Shown here in pieces: positions 10,325 to 23,008 of a stretch of DNA of 64,000 nucleotides. The notes under the pieces were generated by a model that did no database searches, had not been told where the DNA came from, and was given only the letters and a program-made list of their open reading frames with translations. Source of the DNA: Rhodosorus marinus CCMP1338 (Eukaryota > Plantae > Rhodophyta); the NCBI GenBank assembly GCA_029953675.1, contig JAMWBK010000005.1, positions 1,984,001 through 2,048,000 of the forward strand, in the 5' to 3' direction. Numbering within the stretch: the first letter of the stretch is position 1; every line of letters starts with the position of its first letter. The translations under genes were made by a program, and so were the position numbers.

Positions 10325-12483
10325 TCAAAAATGTTGAACAAGCAAGCTTCCTCGTCTTATGCCTTTTAGATAGGAACAAGCATAGTGCTGTTTTCTCTTG
10401 CCCGGCAATCCCGTCATGGAGCTTGCCTTTACGGAGCAAGAAATCTTGGCTTCATACACGATTTCCTTTCCGACAATGCAGTTTCATGGTGGGACAAGAT
10501 TGCCCGAGTGCATCGGGTTTGGGAGCACTCTATCTCTGCTCTGTTCATCGTTCTGTAGAAACAGTGCACAGTGTGTGATCTCGTATGTGGGAATACGCTG
10601 TCTCTGCCTCCCAGCTGGAGTCCACATTGAGTAATATCAAAGTCCTACGCCTATACTTTTCCAATTCCTCCGGGTACCCGTTAAAGTCGGTTTGCGCTCT
10701 GCAGCCATTTCAGCGATGGTGACATTGCGTGCATGAGCATGTACTTTGACTGCTGGCTAGCTGACTCAAACGTTGAGTGAGCTTGATTGTCGTCGAAGGA
10801 GGATGAGAGGCCTTGAAGCTACGACAGGGGACCACGCTTACTTCCTATCGCCTGAGTCGACAAAAGACAACCTTGCGCTTACTACAGACACCGGTTTGAC
10901 GCATAGCTCATTCGGAACGCGAGAGCTCATATTTCAAAACGTCTGCGGCTTGTAGTGAAAAGCAGCAGGTTCGATGTCAATCAACTGAGCCGTTTTGCAA
11001 ATGGCTTGTAGACTGAGTCCAGAGTATTAAGTTTATGCGCCTACTAGTGCTTGTGCCTGAAACCAACGCGCTCATCATCATGCGACCACGTTGCAGATTC
11101 GTGTCGGTCTTGCGTATTTTTTTCATGCCGAACTATGCGAACGCGACGTGACAAAAACAAAACAACAAGCACCACAACCAGCACACAGTCCGGGTTGCAT
11201 GCTTCCTTTCAACCAGCTTTCACCGTAGGGTGTCGTTAAACACTTCTTCTAAAGTGACGATTAGGTACGTACACAGCGTTCAAGACGCTCAGAGGTACAA
11301 CAATGCCTACTACGTTGTCGGTCAAAACGACCGCATCCCTCGGAACGTCATGGACTCGGACCATCGTACAAACAGATTACTAACCCCTCCCCCCCTGCCT
11401 CATACCCGAAATAAAATAGTTTATGCAACGGTTCGTTAGAATCAGTACGAATATGTACTATCAAAACACCCAAAAACGTGTCCAGCATTCAACGTTTGGG
11501 ATCATCTGACTTCTAACCCCTGCCGAGGAGCCTCGCGCGAATCATATTTGAGGAATTGAACTAATTTCTCCGATGATGCTAGCATTCAAAAATAGAAGTT
11601 CACACCCCCTTCTTCGTTCCATTTTGAGACAATTCTACCGCTGATAGTTAATTTTGACAAAAGCATCTGGTTTTCTCACATCAAGAGCCAAAGTCATTCT
11701 AAATGAAGAAGAACCGGCCACATATTCTCAACCCTATCAAAATACCAATAATACCTTTGAAATTTCGAGCATACTCATAAATATTTCCATTTTATATCCT
11801 CAAAATCTATAGAAATTGTTTTTAAAAAAGGATCTTCCCGAACACGTTCAAAAATCACGATTGAAAAACGGATATTTTAATATTATCTGCGTAAAAAGAA
11901 TAGTTATAAAGGATGCCGCTCTTGTTCCTTGGATGGTCATTGGTGATTTATTTATTGTTATGAAATAAAAGTTAATGGTTTTCAAAATGGAAACTACTCC
12001 GTGAGAATGGTTTTCTCTTAGTAGTGAACTTTTTTTTTATTGCTGAGGGGGATATGTGGTTTGTGTGTTATAATCGTTGTCGGTTTGGAACTGTTTGGAT
12101 GAGGAGGGTGGGTTTTGGATATGTGGAGGGAAAGGAAAAAGGAAGGGGTACAAAGGGGGATTGAGGGGGGAGAGAGTTATCGTAGTATAGTAAGGCCTTA
12201 TCGAGGTTTTGGGACAAGCTATTGAGTAGGTTTTTTGTTAAGGAAAGTCTTTTGCAAAGAAGAATACAGATGATCTTGGACAGAAATTTGAGCTTGGGAG
12301 GACAAGGGATTGGTTTGTGTTTTTAAATTCGTGTGTGTGGGTTGTGCTGGTTGAGGTGGTCTGTCGGGAAGGTAGGGGTGGGTTGGTATTGTAGATGGCT
12401 TTTGTAGTTTGAGATTGGTTGGGGGGGGTGGTTGGGGTGGTTGGGGGGTTTGTTGTTGTTGTCGTTTGAACGTTTCTTTCTAG

Positions 12484-13935
12484 ATGTTGTCCAAAGTGAA
12501 GAATGGAACAGCAGCGTCAAAGGCGGTGCTTTTGACGATGCTGTTAGGGGCTGGGTTTGCGATATTTTTCACTCGAGGAGGTGAGAGATCGGGAATGGAT
12601 TTGGTGAACAAGGATTTGGAGGAGCCGATGCCTGACCCGCTTTCGGCTATCAAGAGGTATCATGAGGTGGTGGAGGCTGACATGCCTTCTGTAGATTCAC
12701 TAGGATTTATGCCTCGTTGTGATCGAATCGTTATGTACCATGATCAAAAGGGGAACGGTCTCGGTGCCCAAGTGTTACGAGTTTTCGATGCCTACATGCT
12801 AGCCATGCAAACTAACTCGACGCTGCTAATTGCAAGGCAAATGTACTGGAATTACGGCTGTGATTTGTACGTGACCTGGGAGTGTTATTTTGAGTCGCTC
12901 ACGCCATATTGCATGGACTCCAAAAACCAATTGAGAAGGGTAAGCTTGTTTCTTTCGGTTCTAGTTGAGGGTTTCAAGGCACAGTGGCACCTCTGACACA
13001 TCTGCGGTGTGCGAAATGTGAATTTTGCCCTTGCTAATCGTTGATTGTAACAGGTGGACACGATGATTTCGCCGGAGAAATGTGACACTTTCAGGGCTGC
13101 GACTTACAAAGATTCAGACTGTCTCGTCATAGCCGATACTATTGCGGAAGACCAACTGTATCACGTGGTTCACGATGGAGAAACTCAGATAGGCCACGAA
13201 AAGGCGTTTGAAGAAGTCAAGAAGAACATGAAGCACGTCTGGAAACCCAACAGGAACATACAAGAGAGGACCAGTGATGCGATGCAGAGAATAGATCTCC
13301 GCCCGGACGAATTTGTTGGTTTGCACATAAGGCGAGGTGACAAGGCCCTTGAAGTGCCTTTGATCCCGCTTGAAAGTTATGCTGAGATTGTAAGAATGTG
13401 CGACCCGGCTATTTCGAAGATTTTCCTGGCCACGGATGACGGAAGCATCATCTGGGAGCTTCGGGATTTGCTTCCCGAGTATGCTATATACACGTTTGCT
13501 GATCCCCGTAAGCCAGTCTGCACATTGGAACAACTCCTCCAGGGTCTCACAACGAGGATAGAAGGATTGACGTGTTCCTTTTTGCCCTTGCTCTCGAATG
13601 CCACAGAATCGACCGGACATCTTCAAAGAAACGCCAACGAAGACCCGATGCGGCAGACGGTTTTGTCGACAATGTCGCTCGTAGCTGAGATCGATATCTT
13701 AAGACAAGCCAAGTATTTCATAGGAACGTATAGCAGCAACATTGGTCGCCTGCTCGCAGTATTGAGAGACAAAGACATACGCACATCTATCAGCATGGAT
13801 GTAGCGTGGTCATCGGGAGTCGCTTGGAGATCGTTCAACACCGATTATTGTATGGGGTACCACCCAAAGCAGGGATATTGTGAGTGGAAGAGAAAACACG
13901 AGGAACTCATAGACGAAGACGGGTTTTTCTTTTAG
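12484..13935 (+). CDS. GT23 alpha-1,6-fucosyltransferase-like (FUT8/NodZ-type) type II membrane protein
   Basis: N-terminal TM; GNGLGAQV; VGLHIRRGDK, KIFLATDD and YFIGTYSSNIGRL fucosyltransferase motifs; intron 12940-13053 and probable intron 13508-13606. Confidence 0.8.
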
Positions 13936-15340
13936 ATAATCAGTATGTGAACGGTGCCCAATATCCTAAGTAAGTAGGCGTTTAGCTTCCTCGAGTTCGC
14001 TCCGAATATCGGATTAGCCTCGTCATGTGCTTCCCGCCAACCGCGGGTTGTATAGACTGATCTGTTTGGAACTTGTGAATGTCAGCCAGACAATGAGAAT
14101 GAAATTGTACATTTCAAGAATCTGCTCTTCACATTGCCGGTCTTATATCTGAGGCCACTATTAACACGAGCTAGAGGGAAGGGAAGTGCTCAGGCAGTTG
14201 CTCACCACCCCACTCCCGTGCTTCAACTCCCCCGTTGACGTTTTGATCGATGGTGTCTAATGTGGACACCCAAGCGTTATCAGGACCCCGAAGACCACAG
14301 TAAGAAAGGCCTTCCAGCGAGAAACTCCTTGCCAGTACGGCTTCCTGAACAACACTAATTCGCCAGTAACCCCAGCCAAGCCGTGTCCAGCAATACCCCA
14401 GCCTTTGCCACACCCCTCAATACCCACTAAACGATGCTAGTCAAGAGCAAACCCCAGTTTCGAAGCACTACAAGATACAATCGTGTAGTAGATATTCTCC
14501 AATCCTTTCCAGAAAGTTCTTCTGAAACACCAGCTAAGCTTCCTACCCACCATCATATACCCACTACCACGACTCTCCTCTGCGCTCCTCCCCCGAAGCG
14601 CGCGGGGGCAGCGAATCATTCTATCCACTACAATCCAGCCGCAGAAACAAAAGAAAAAAGAAAACTTGCCAAAAACATAGACATTTCTCAAAGGGGCAAA
14701 ACAGGAAAATTCCATCAGCCAAATTTGACGACCAGCAAAAAAAAAAATACCGTTTTGGTAAAGCCGGCCCAAAATTATCCCCCTTTTTTTCAAAATCTTG
14801 TTCTTATCTTCCCCTTAAAATTTTGCGTCCATGGCACGTTCCCTTTAAATATTTCAATAAAACAAAATTCCAAGAAAATCCGTTCATCGTACCGCAGGAC
14901 CAGCTAAAATATTCATATTTTCATGAATATCTTGGGTTTAAGATACAACTGAAAAAAGGATAAATGAGTTCCTTTCAACCAATAGTAAGAGGCCAATTGT
15001 CTTTTACTAATTATAGTCAAATTAAAAACTTGCACGTGTCTTAATGTAACACGGCGGCCGGTAGTCTGGGGGTCTTCAAATTTTATGATATTTCTTTTTC
15101 TATGGGGGAGAGGTTTAATGAGAGTACTAATAGGCCAAGCTCGCATTTGGGCAGGGGATTGGGGAGGGTGACCTGGGACTGGTTGTGTGGTAGATGAGTG
15201 CGGTGGAGTAGTTTGACTGGTGTTAGTGAGACCTGCTTGCTTGTTTCCTTTTCTTCTTGAAAGGGAAAATCGCCGATTTTCTTTGATCTTTTTGGGGGGA
15301 GGGAAATTGTGGGATTTGTACTGTGAAATTTCGGGACGAG

Positions 15341-17880
15341 ATGGATCGGTTGGGATTTGTATCTGGGCTTGGTGGCTCCCTGCTACGGAAGCCTGCGTCG
15401 ACTGAGTCTCGACTTGGAGCATGGGGAAGGACGTCTCTGGTTCAGAGGTCGAGGAGGCCGTCGCCGAGCATTGTGAGGATGGTTGCGGCGGAGCCTGAAG
15501 CAAAGGAGTCCAACGCCGAGGAGTTCAAGTTTCAAGCCGAGGCTTCGAGGGTCATGGACCTCGTGATCAATTCTCTCTACTCGAACAAAGAGATTTTTAT
15601 GCGAGAGCTGATTTCGAACGCATCGGATGCCTGCGACAAGTGCAGATTGCTGCAGCTTACTGATGAGAGAGAAGATCGAGAGCTCAGTATTCGAGTGAAG
15701 GCCGACAAGACAACCTCCACCCTCACAATCCAGGACACTGGCGTTGGCATGACGAGGAAAGAGCTCATTGATAATCTTGGAAGCATCGCAACATCTGGAA
15801 CCGCCAAGTTCGCAGAAGCGCTGGGGAAGGGGAAAGCGGATACTTCTCTGATTGGACAGGTACGTTTTCTGTTTGCCGGTTGATCAAACGTACGGGTTAC
15901 TAACTGCAACGGCGTTGTGTTCATTCTCCTCGCGTGTCTTAGTTCGGTGTCGGGTTTTACTCTGCATTCCTTGTCGCTGAGAAAGTGACAGTGCTCACAA
16001 AATCATTCACTGACAAGGGCTCACCCGTGCTCAAGTGGGAGTCTGCTGATACATCTTCTTACACTATCGAGGATGTTGCCGACGAGGACTTTGGAGAGAG
16101 CGGGACGAAGATCATACTTACCTTGAAAAAGGGCTCTGAGGAGTTTTTGGAGCTGAATCGAGTTTCTTCGCTCCTGAAGAGGTTTTCGGAGTTCATTGAT
16201 TTCAACATCTACTCATGGGACGAAAAGACAGTTATGGAGGAAGTCCCAGATGGTGAAGAAAAGGACGAGGAAGGAAACCAGAAGATGAAGAAGGTGCCGA
16301 AGACGGTTGAGGACTGGAAATTGATCAACGAGCACAAGCCAATCTGGCTTCGACGTCCCAAAGAAGTCACACAAGAGGAGTATAACGACTTTTACAAGAG
16401 CATGTCCCGGGACTTCAATGATCCAATGGCCCACTCGCACTTTTCAGCCGAGGGAGAGGTTGAGTTCCGCTCAATTCTATTCACCCCGTCTGGTAAGGAT
16501 TAGTCGCGAGTCACTCTGATTGACTGCAGCAGCAGCCGATGATAATCCAGAATCTGATTTGACTTGCTTTTTTTTCCTCAGTTCTTCCGTTTGAGCTGAG
16601 GCAGAATATGTTTGATGAGGGTGGTCGCTGCGTCAAGCTCTACGTGAAGCGTGTTTTCATCTCTGACAAATTCAGTGAGCTCATGCCAAGGTTTTTGACC
16701 TTCGTGAGGGGAGTCATTGATTCTGAGGACCTGCCCCTTAACGTTTCGCGAGAGATTTTGCAGCAATCTCGGGTGCTGCGGATCATTTCCAAGCGCCTGA
16801 TAAGAAAATCACTGGATATGTTCATGGATCTTGCGAAGAATAAGGATCAGTACAAAATTTTCTGGGACAACTTCGGACGCTACATCAAGGCTGGAGTCAT
16901 CGACGAGCCGGACTACGTAGAGCCGCTTTCCCAGCTACTTCGATTTGATTCCAGCGCGTCGGATGAGCTGACGTCCTTGCAGGAGTACATTGAGCGAGCA
17001 CCGACGGATCAGAAGGAGATTTACTATTTGGTCGCGGAGTCGCTGCAGTCCGCAAAGAGCTCCCCGGCAACAGAGAAGCTCACCGCCCGCGGTTTCGAAG
17101 TCATTTACTTGCTCGATGCTGTGGACGAGATTGCTGTCCAGACACTGCAGAAGTTCAAGGGCAAGAGAAATGCGGAAGACAAGGAGACGGAGGAGTTGCC
17201 GCTCAGCGATATTTCACGAGATAATTTCAAACTCCCCGGTGAAGAGGATGAAGCAGAATCAGAGAAGCTCACCGAGGACTTCGCGAAGGTAACCGAGTAC
17301 ATGAAGGGAGTTCTCGGTGATGCGGTTTCGAAGGTTCAGGTATCTACTAGACTGACGGAGTCTCCGAGTGCCATTGTGCAGTCGCAGTTCGGCATGTCCC
17401 CAACAATGGAGAGGTTCATGAAGTCGCAGATGAGCGGTCAGGATGCTGGACAGCAATCGTTTTTGAACCAGAGCCGAGTCTTGGAAATCAACCCATCGCA
17501 CGCGCTGATCAAGGACCTGCAAGTCCGTTTGAACGCAGGTAAGCGAAATAATGATGAGAAAGCGCCTTCGTTTTGTGGCAGCGCTATTCCCGGATCTTGA
17601 GGTGTTTTGTGGATGAGAAATTGATATGGGAGCTCGGTGTCTCTTTTCTCGTGTCCTAGGCCAAGATGATGACGCTACCAAGGATACGGTTGGACTCCTG
17701 CATGAGCTTGGACTGCTCTCTGGAGGTTACAACATCGAAGACTCTGCCGGGTTTGCCAAGCGGATAGCCCGCTTCATGGCATCTAGCCTCTCGAGCTCGC
17801 CAGTTCCGGAGGCTAGCAAAGCTGACGAAGAAGACAAATTTGGCGAGACAACGCGAGTCAACGCTGAAATTGTCGACTAA
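15341..17880 (+). CDS. HSP90C: Plastid Hsp90 (Hsp90C/HtpG-type)
   Basis: Transit peptide, then [44 protein letters not shown]|[41 protein letters not shown]; introns 15860-15942, 16493-16581, 17539-17659; no MEEVD tail. Confidence 0.95.
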
Positions 17881-18323
17881 ATTCATCGCAAGATGAAAAC
17901 GTACTACCAGGGCATCCGTGCTGCCGATCACTAACACGCCTTGCCGCAAAGGGCATAAGGCGACCATTTGCTTTTGGCTTTTCTTCCCGGACGCTCAACT
18001 TTGCTGGATTTCGGCTAGTCTCAAAATGAAAGTAAAACAAAAACAGAGAAAGCCGTACTTGATTTGGGAATAGCTCTCTTGAAAAGACCTCTTCTGGGTT
18101 GTTTTAATCGGGTCTGCCCTTGATTTTCGTGGTGTTCTTGGTTTGTTCTACATGCGGCTCCGCGATTTGATACTGTTTATAGCATCCATCTGCCCGTGGT
18201 TTCCTCCGCAAGGTTGGTGGGTCAGTCAAAGAAACGGGTCCTTGCCACTCTTGTTCGGTAACTCCAAAAAACGCAATCAATAGGTTTTGCATGGTCCTCG
18301 TGTCGACCTCTTCTGTTAACCTA

Positions 18324-19075
18324 TCAACAGCCCAGACTTTCTCTAGTTGGGTTGCCAGTTGTTGGGTTCTCGCCACCAAACGTAGGGTTTTTGCAGATAT
18401 TTCTGAGAGCAAAGTCGCCAATGTATACGTCAGAAAAGTCAGTGTCCTTGAGGTTTGCGTCCTTGAACGAGGACTCAGAGAGCACTGCGTTGGTGAAAAT
18501 CGCGCCCTCCAAATTGGCTTTGTTGAAGACTACTCTGTCAGCGATAGCGTTGCTGAAATCAGCCCCTTTGAGATTAGCACCAACAGCCCATGCCTTGGAC
18601 ATAACGGTATCCTTAAATATGCTCCCAGACATGTTGGCATTCTCCATAATCACTCCTGCAATGTCGAAACCGCTGAAATTCATCTTGCTCAGATTGCATT
18701 CGCGCAGATCAAAGAGGGAGTCCCTCGCAGCGTTGGCCTGTCCCATAGCAGATGACTTGACCTCACATCTGAGCAATTAATACGAACCCAAATCACTTCT
18801 TCATGAGTCGACAGATATGCTTGATTCTGTCTTGCATCATTGTGGATAGAAACTAACCTGTTCGGATTTGTCCTGTCAATCGGAGGAAACTTTGCGTTGA
18901 TAGCCGATTCCACGCTCGCCGGCGCGACTACCAGCACTGCAGCCGCCGCAAGACTAAAAACGCCAACAGAAACCTTCCTCCCAATCCCAGACTCAGTATC
19001 GTGAGCGCAAGTCACCACGCTACGGGATCCTCGCGAATCGACCCTCCCGCTACCAACACCCACCACGAACGCCAT
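18324..19075 (-). CDS. Thylakoid lumen pentapeptide-repeat protein (TL17/17.4 kDa-like)
   Basis: Bipartite MAFVVG...AAAAVLVVAPASVESA presequence; PPIDRTNPNRC...GQANA...DLREC; A(D/N)LxxA-type pentapeptide repeats; LC.NPT..GENP.TG..TRESLGC end; intron 18769-18857. Confidence 0.9.
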
Positions 19076-19698
19076 CGCAGCCGATCAAAAATCAATACCC
19101 AAGTTACGAACTATCCTCAACCTTCCCCAACGCCTGTTCTTCGGTAAATAGCTAGAACTAGACCAAAAAGAAAAACCAAAACTTATCCTTCCTCCCCTGA
19201 AATACGCCGTTACCAATACCAACTCGCTGGAACAGAAAACAGCCAAAATCAACCTCATAAACCTCACCCAACATCCCCCTCCACCGATCAGTATCCCCAC
19301 ACACCACGAGAGTCAATCTCGCCGAATAATTCCACGTTACCCTTCAAAAACAGAATACAATGCAGCCCTAAAAAAACACAAAACACAAAAAGCAACGAAC
19401 AAATTTGTTTCATTAAAAAACACAAATCAATTTGTATGATAAAAATACTATGCATAAATTTTAGCATGGGCTAGGGGGTACGTGTAATTCAATAGTAATA
19501 ATATAACATCCAAAAAACGAATAATACGTTCCAGTTCGTATGCAAAGGTTAGGGGTTTATTTTATTTGTAGCAAGAATGCTATTATGTTAATGGAGTGTA
19601 AGCTGGAAGCTAGCAATGAATGATGAGTTCTGATTGGTGAAAAGGAAAAATTCAAGTCAATAACTATTAAGAAACAACCAATATTGATTCATATCCAG

Positions 19699-21945
19699 TC
19701 AATTTTGTAAGTTGTTGATTGCCTCCGGTTCTGAGGGTTTCAAGTTTGGTACGAACGTCAGGCATCTGTCCAGATTGTAACTATCCTTCGACAAGCTCTC
19801 CAGTTTCATGTCCGCAATAGATTCACATATTTCCTGTACCTCATGCGCTCCGCGTGAGCTAACCTCGAAGATCAGACACCCTCGCTGCCCCCGTAGAATC
19901 TCTATGCCTGAGTTTTGGCACTCTCGTATCGATCTGTTGAAAGTTGTTGAGTGCCGAGGGTTGAGGCTGAAGAAAGTCTTTGCACGTGGGTGTATCTTCT
20001 AACATTACTGGTTGCTTTACATACCGACAGATATCCTCGTAGCATTTATAGCTGCCTCCATTCGTTATCAAGCCCATAAACGGTTCGTGCTTCCTTGATG
20101 ATGTAGACATGTGCTTCTGGTCCTCAGCTGAGTAGTACGGGGGATTGCAAACGATGAGGTCGAAGCCCCTCCGCAATTCGTTTCTCAGTTCCGAGGGGAT
20201 CTTATCACTGCAGAGGCAGGAAGAGGCAGGAAGAGGCACGACATCCTGAGCAAAGCATCACTACTGAAGATCTTACTGAAGTTTTTAGAAAGTGATTACC
20301 AACCTTTCATGTAGCTTCGCAAAATCTGCCTCGTGGAACGAACAGCGGTCAGACATTTTCAGGCTATCGGCGTTGCTGGAGGCTATCTTCAGTGCATCCG
20401 TGGACAGGTCAAGAGCAACACCAAATGCCGCTGGGAGACGGTTCAGCAAAGCGAGAATAATGTTCCCGCTACCTGTGCCCAGGTCAAGTATTCGTGGACG
20501 GTCTACAACAACATCTTCTCGTACACATCGGAACGCGGGAGCGTAGAGCGATTCACATGAGAAACGAACTGGTCCTTCCCCGACGACTCAGTGTGGAATG
20601 GGTGAAGAGTTACCTCCAAGCGCATTCATGCAGGCATGGACAACGGTCTCGGTTGCCTTGCGAGGAACGATCACCGATTGCTTCTCGACGAGAAAGGAAA
20701 GACCATCGAACTCCTGAAAAAGAAGCGTATAACCAGAAGGACCACTTCAGACGCGCGCAATTACCAACGGAGAGGCCCCTGGGTTTGCTTCACCTGAGTA
20801 CCCCGCAGATACGCGAGAGGCATGTCGTCTTCATGTCGAACTGAGGTGGACTTTTGGGCTTGAAACTTCTCCTCTCGTTTACGCAAAGCTTTGAATTTTT
20901 CCGGCTCCTCGTTGTGGAACGCATGTTCACGAGTGCGATCATCATTTCCAGTTGAAAACCTGAGTGAGAGCTGAGAGTAGGAAAACCATCATTAGGAGAG
21001 CGGGAGGACACGCGCAGTGCCAATGCTATTGCTGCTGCCGAGCAGACCATGGATACGTATGTTCCTTTCAACGGAGATCTCCTTCTGCCCCCAGACTTTG
21101 TGAGGATGTTGATGCCTGCCTTAGCCAGCGAGTCCTTCAGGTAACTAATATCCAGAGGATTACACTCGACATCTACTGTGGTTACGTAGCCAGTGCCCGT
21201 TTTTGTGGAGGTCAATGGCGATACCTAAACAGCAAACCAAGACTTTATAAACCGTGGGCCTTGAAAAGAATCGCGTTCCTGCACACGTCCTACCTCATAC
21301 ACCCTTCCGTCATACGCGGGAATCGACACTGAAGAAGTGATCTTGCTGTCGACAAGTGCACGCATCACCGTTGACAGGCTTTGCTGCACATACTCCCTCT
21401 CAGGACAACCGTCTCGCACCATTACCAAGAAAGCTCCAACTCCTCGGTTAACTCGGTACAGCGATGTGAACGCTCCTTCCGTTCTTGGACGGACCTCATC
21501 GTTCTCAGTCACAGTAGCGTCGGGAGCAAGCGGGAACCCGGGCGGTTTCCAGAAGACCTTTATGTTCTCTGTGCTCATCCGTCTTTCGAGCTCTAAGGGT
21601 TCCATGTAAGCAAAAGAGCAGTTCCTTGAGAAAACGGCAACGCCAGTGGACGAGACTAGAAAATTCTTCGATAGCGAATTGCGTACTGAACATTGCGCCT
21701 AGACATGACTGGTACCCCTCAATAAGTTCAACTCTATCCCCTGCCTTTAATAATCGAGTCGGTTCAACGTTCCTCTCGCCGTTGAGCACAAGAAACCCAA
21801 GTTTCAAAGCATCAAGGGAGCTGCTTCTCGAACCCAGTACTCGTCTGAACTCGTCCAAAAGCACGAACTTATTGATTCGGTATCCTTCATACGAGTCAGA
21901 TACGACGACTTTTAGCCGCACTCCCTGGCTGGTCAACCCGCTCAT
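19699..21945 (-). CDS. Fusion protein: S4 domain + degenerate RluA/RluD-like pseudouridine synthase domain + PrmC/HemK N5-glutamine methyltransferase
   Basis: S4: GYRINKF...SRSSSLDALKLGFLVLNGE...RLLKAGDRVEL. PUS-like: ENIKVFWKPPG, SLYRVNRGVGAFLVM, VMRALVDSKI, TTVDVEC. PrmC: MPLAYLRGTQ|EFDGL..VIVPRKATETVV, ILDLGTGSG, DLIVCNPPY, LIFEV, KD...DRC. Frame-preserving GT-AG introns 21225-21293, 20971-21056, 20714-20793 link the modules. Start codon uncertain. Confidence 0.72.
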
Positions 21946-23008
21946 TTGATGAACCGATGAATTTCGCTTTAGGGCTTGGGTGCTCCTCAGGGAAAACGAC
22001 CACCGCATGGAGGTCGCACATTAAGCAAGAGTCCGTTGGGCTACTGATACTAAATCGACCCGCGTTTCTACTTATCGTGAGCCAATCGGTGGCGCTTCGG
22101 CTTCCTAGATGGACCTTATCTGATTGCTTGCATCAGACCGGCGCTGCTTCCACAGGGGCAACAACAAAAGATAGTGAAAATCTAATCCTGTCGTCACAAA
22201 GGCTGCGAAGCACCTTGTCCAAACTCACGAGTCGCAGCTTCTTTCACTGCAGCCCTCTTCTGCCCTCAGAAGAAAAACTCCAATGCCGGGATCCACGTAA
22301 TATAGCGCTCAGATACATCCCTGGAAAACGTCGCTCGACCTGCGATGAGCATCCGCTCGCGCTCGAGAGATGCAGTTTGCACTATCCGTTTGCTGGAACT
22401 TGGCCCGTTTAATTTCCCTCTCACAGACAGAAAATCCAGTTCTCATGCTCTCCAAAATCCCAGGTCTATCCAGTGTTCAAAATCCTCAATCAGTCCCCAC
22501 CACGCCCCCACCGGCTTCCTCAGAACGTAAGAACGACCCTCGTCTGGATCATCATGTTTGTTATATTTGTATGCCTTAAGCTGAATCGACGATTCCTGGA
22601 TCTGAGGACTACCTTTGTGTTTCAATTAACATTAACTTATTTGCGAACATTTCCAAACGTTTTGGGTTTTTTTAAAGAAAAAGGAAGGACCTTCCCGGGA
22701 CATGATGGAGGACGTTTTTGGGAACATCGGCCATGGATTTCATGACCTAACAAATGGACGCGTGTAACATTGGCCATGCTTGAGATTTTTCGTTGGACCT
22801 GTTTTTTATTTATTTTTGGTGGAAGACGGAAGACTCCACAGGTTGATGGATGACATCCTGTCAGATTGAGGGTTGGGTCGTGGTGGGATATAATCGCAAA
22901 AGCTGTTGAATGTAGAGTTGAGGGAGGCAGGGTGGGAGGGATGGAATGACAATCGGAACTGGATGTTAGTAGTAGGAACAAAGCTTTTATGGAATTTAGA
23001 GTCTAGCT

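Noticed and set aside
10398-11440. Possible small-exon gene between the F-box gene and the AT-rich island
   Set aside because: Short frames exist on both strands, but I could not build a consistent model or recognise a motif.
13114-13626. 170-aa minus-strand ORF
   Set aside because: Antisense shadow of the GT23 coding exon; the same applies to 17259-17681 (Hsp90) and 18291-18780 (TL17).
14171-14907. ORFs between GT23 and Hsp90C
   Set aside because: 14434-14907 is A-rich low-complexity promoter-like sequence. A spliced minus-strand membrane-protein model near 14170-14550 is possible but has no recognisable family.
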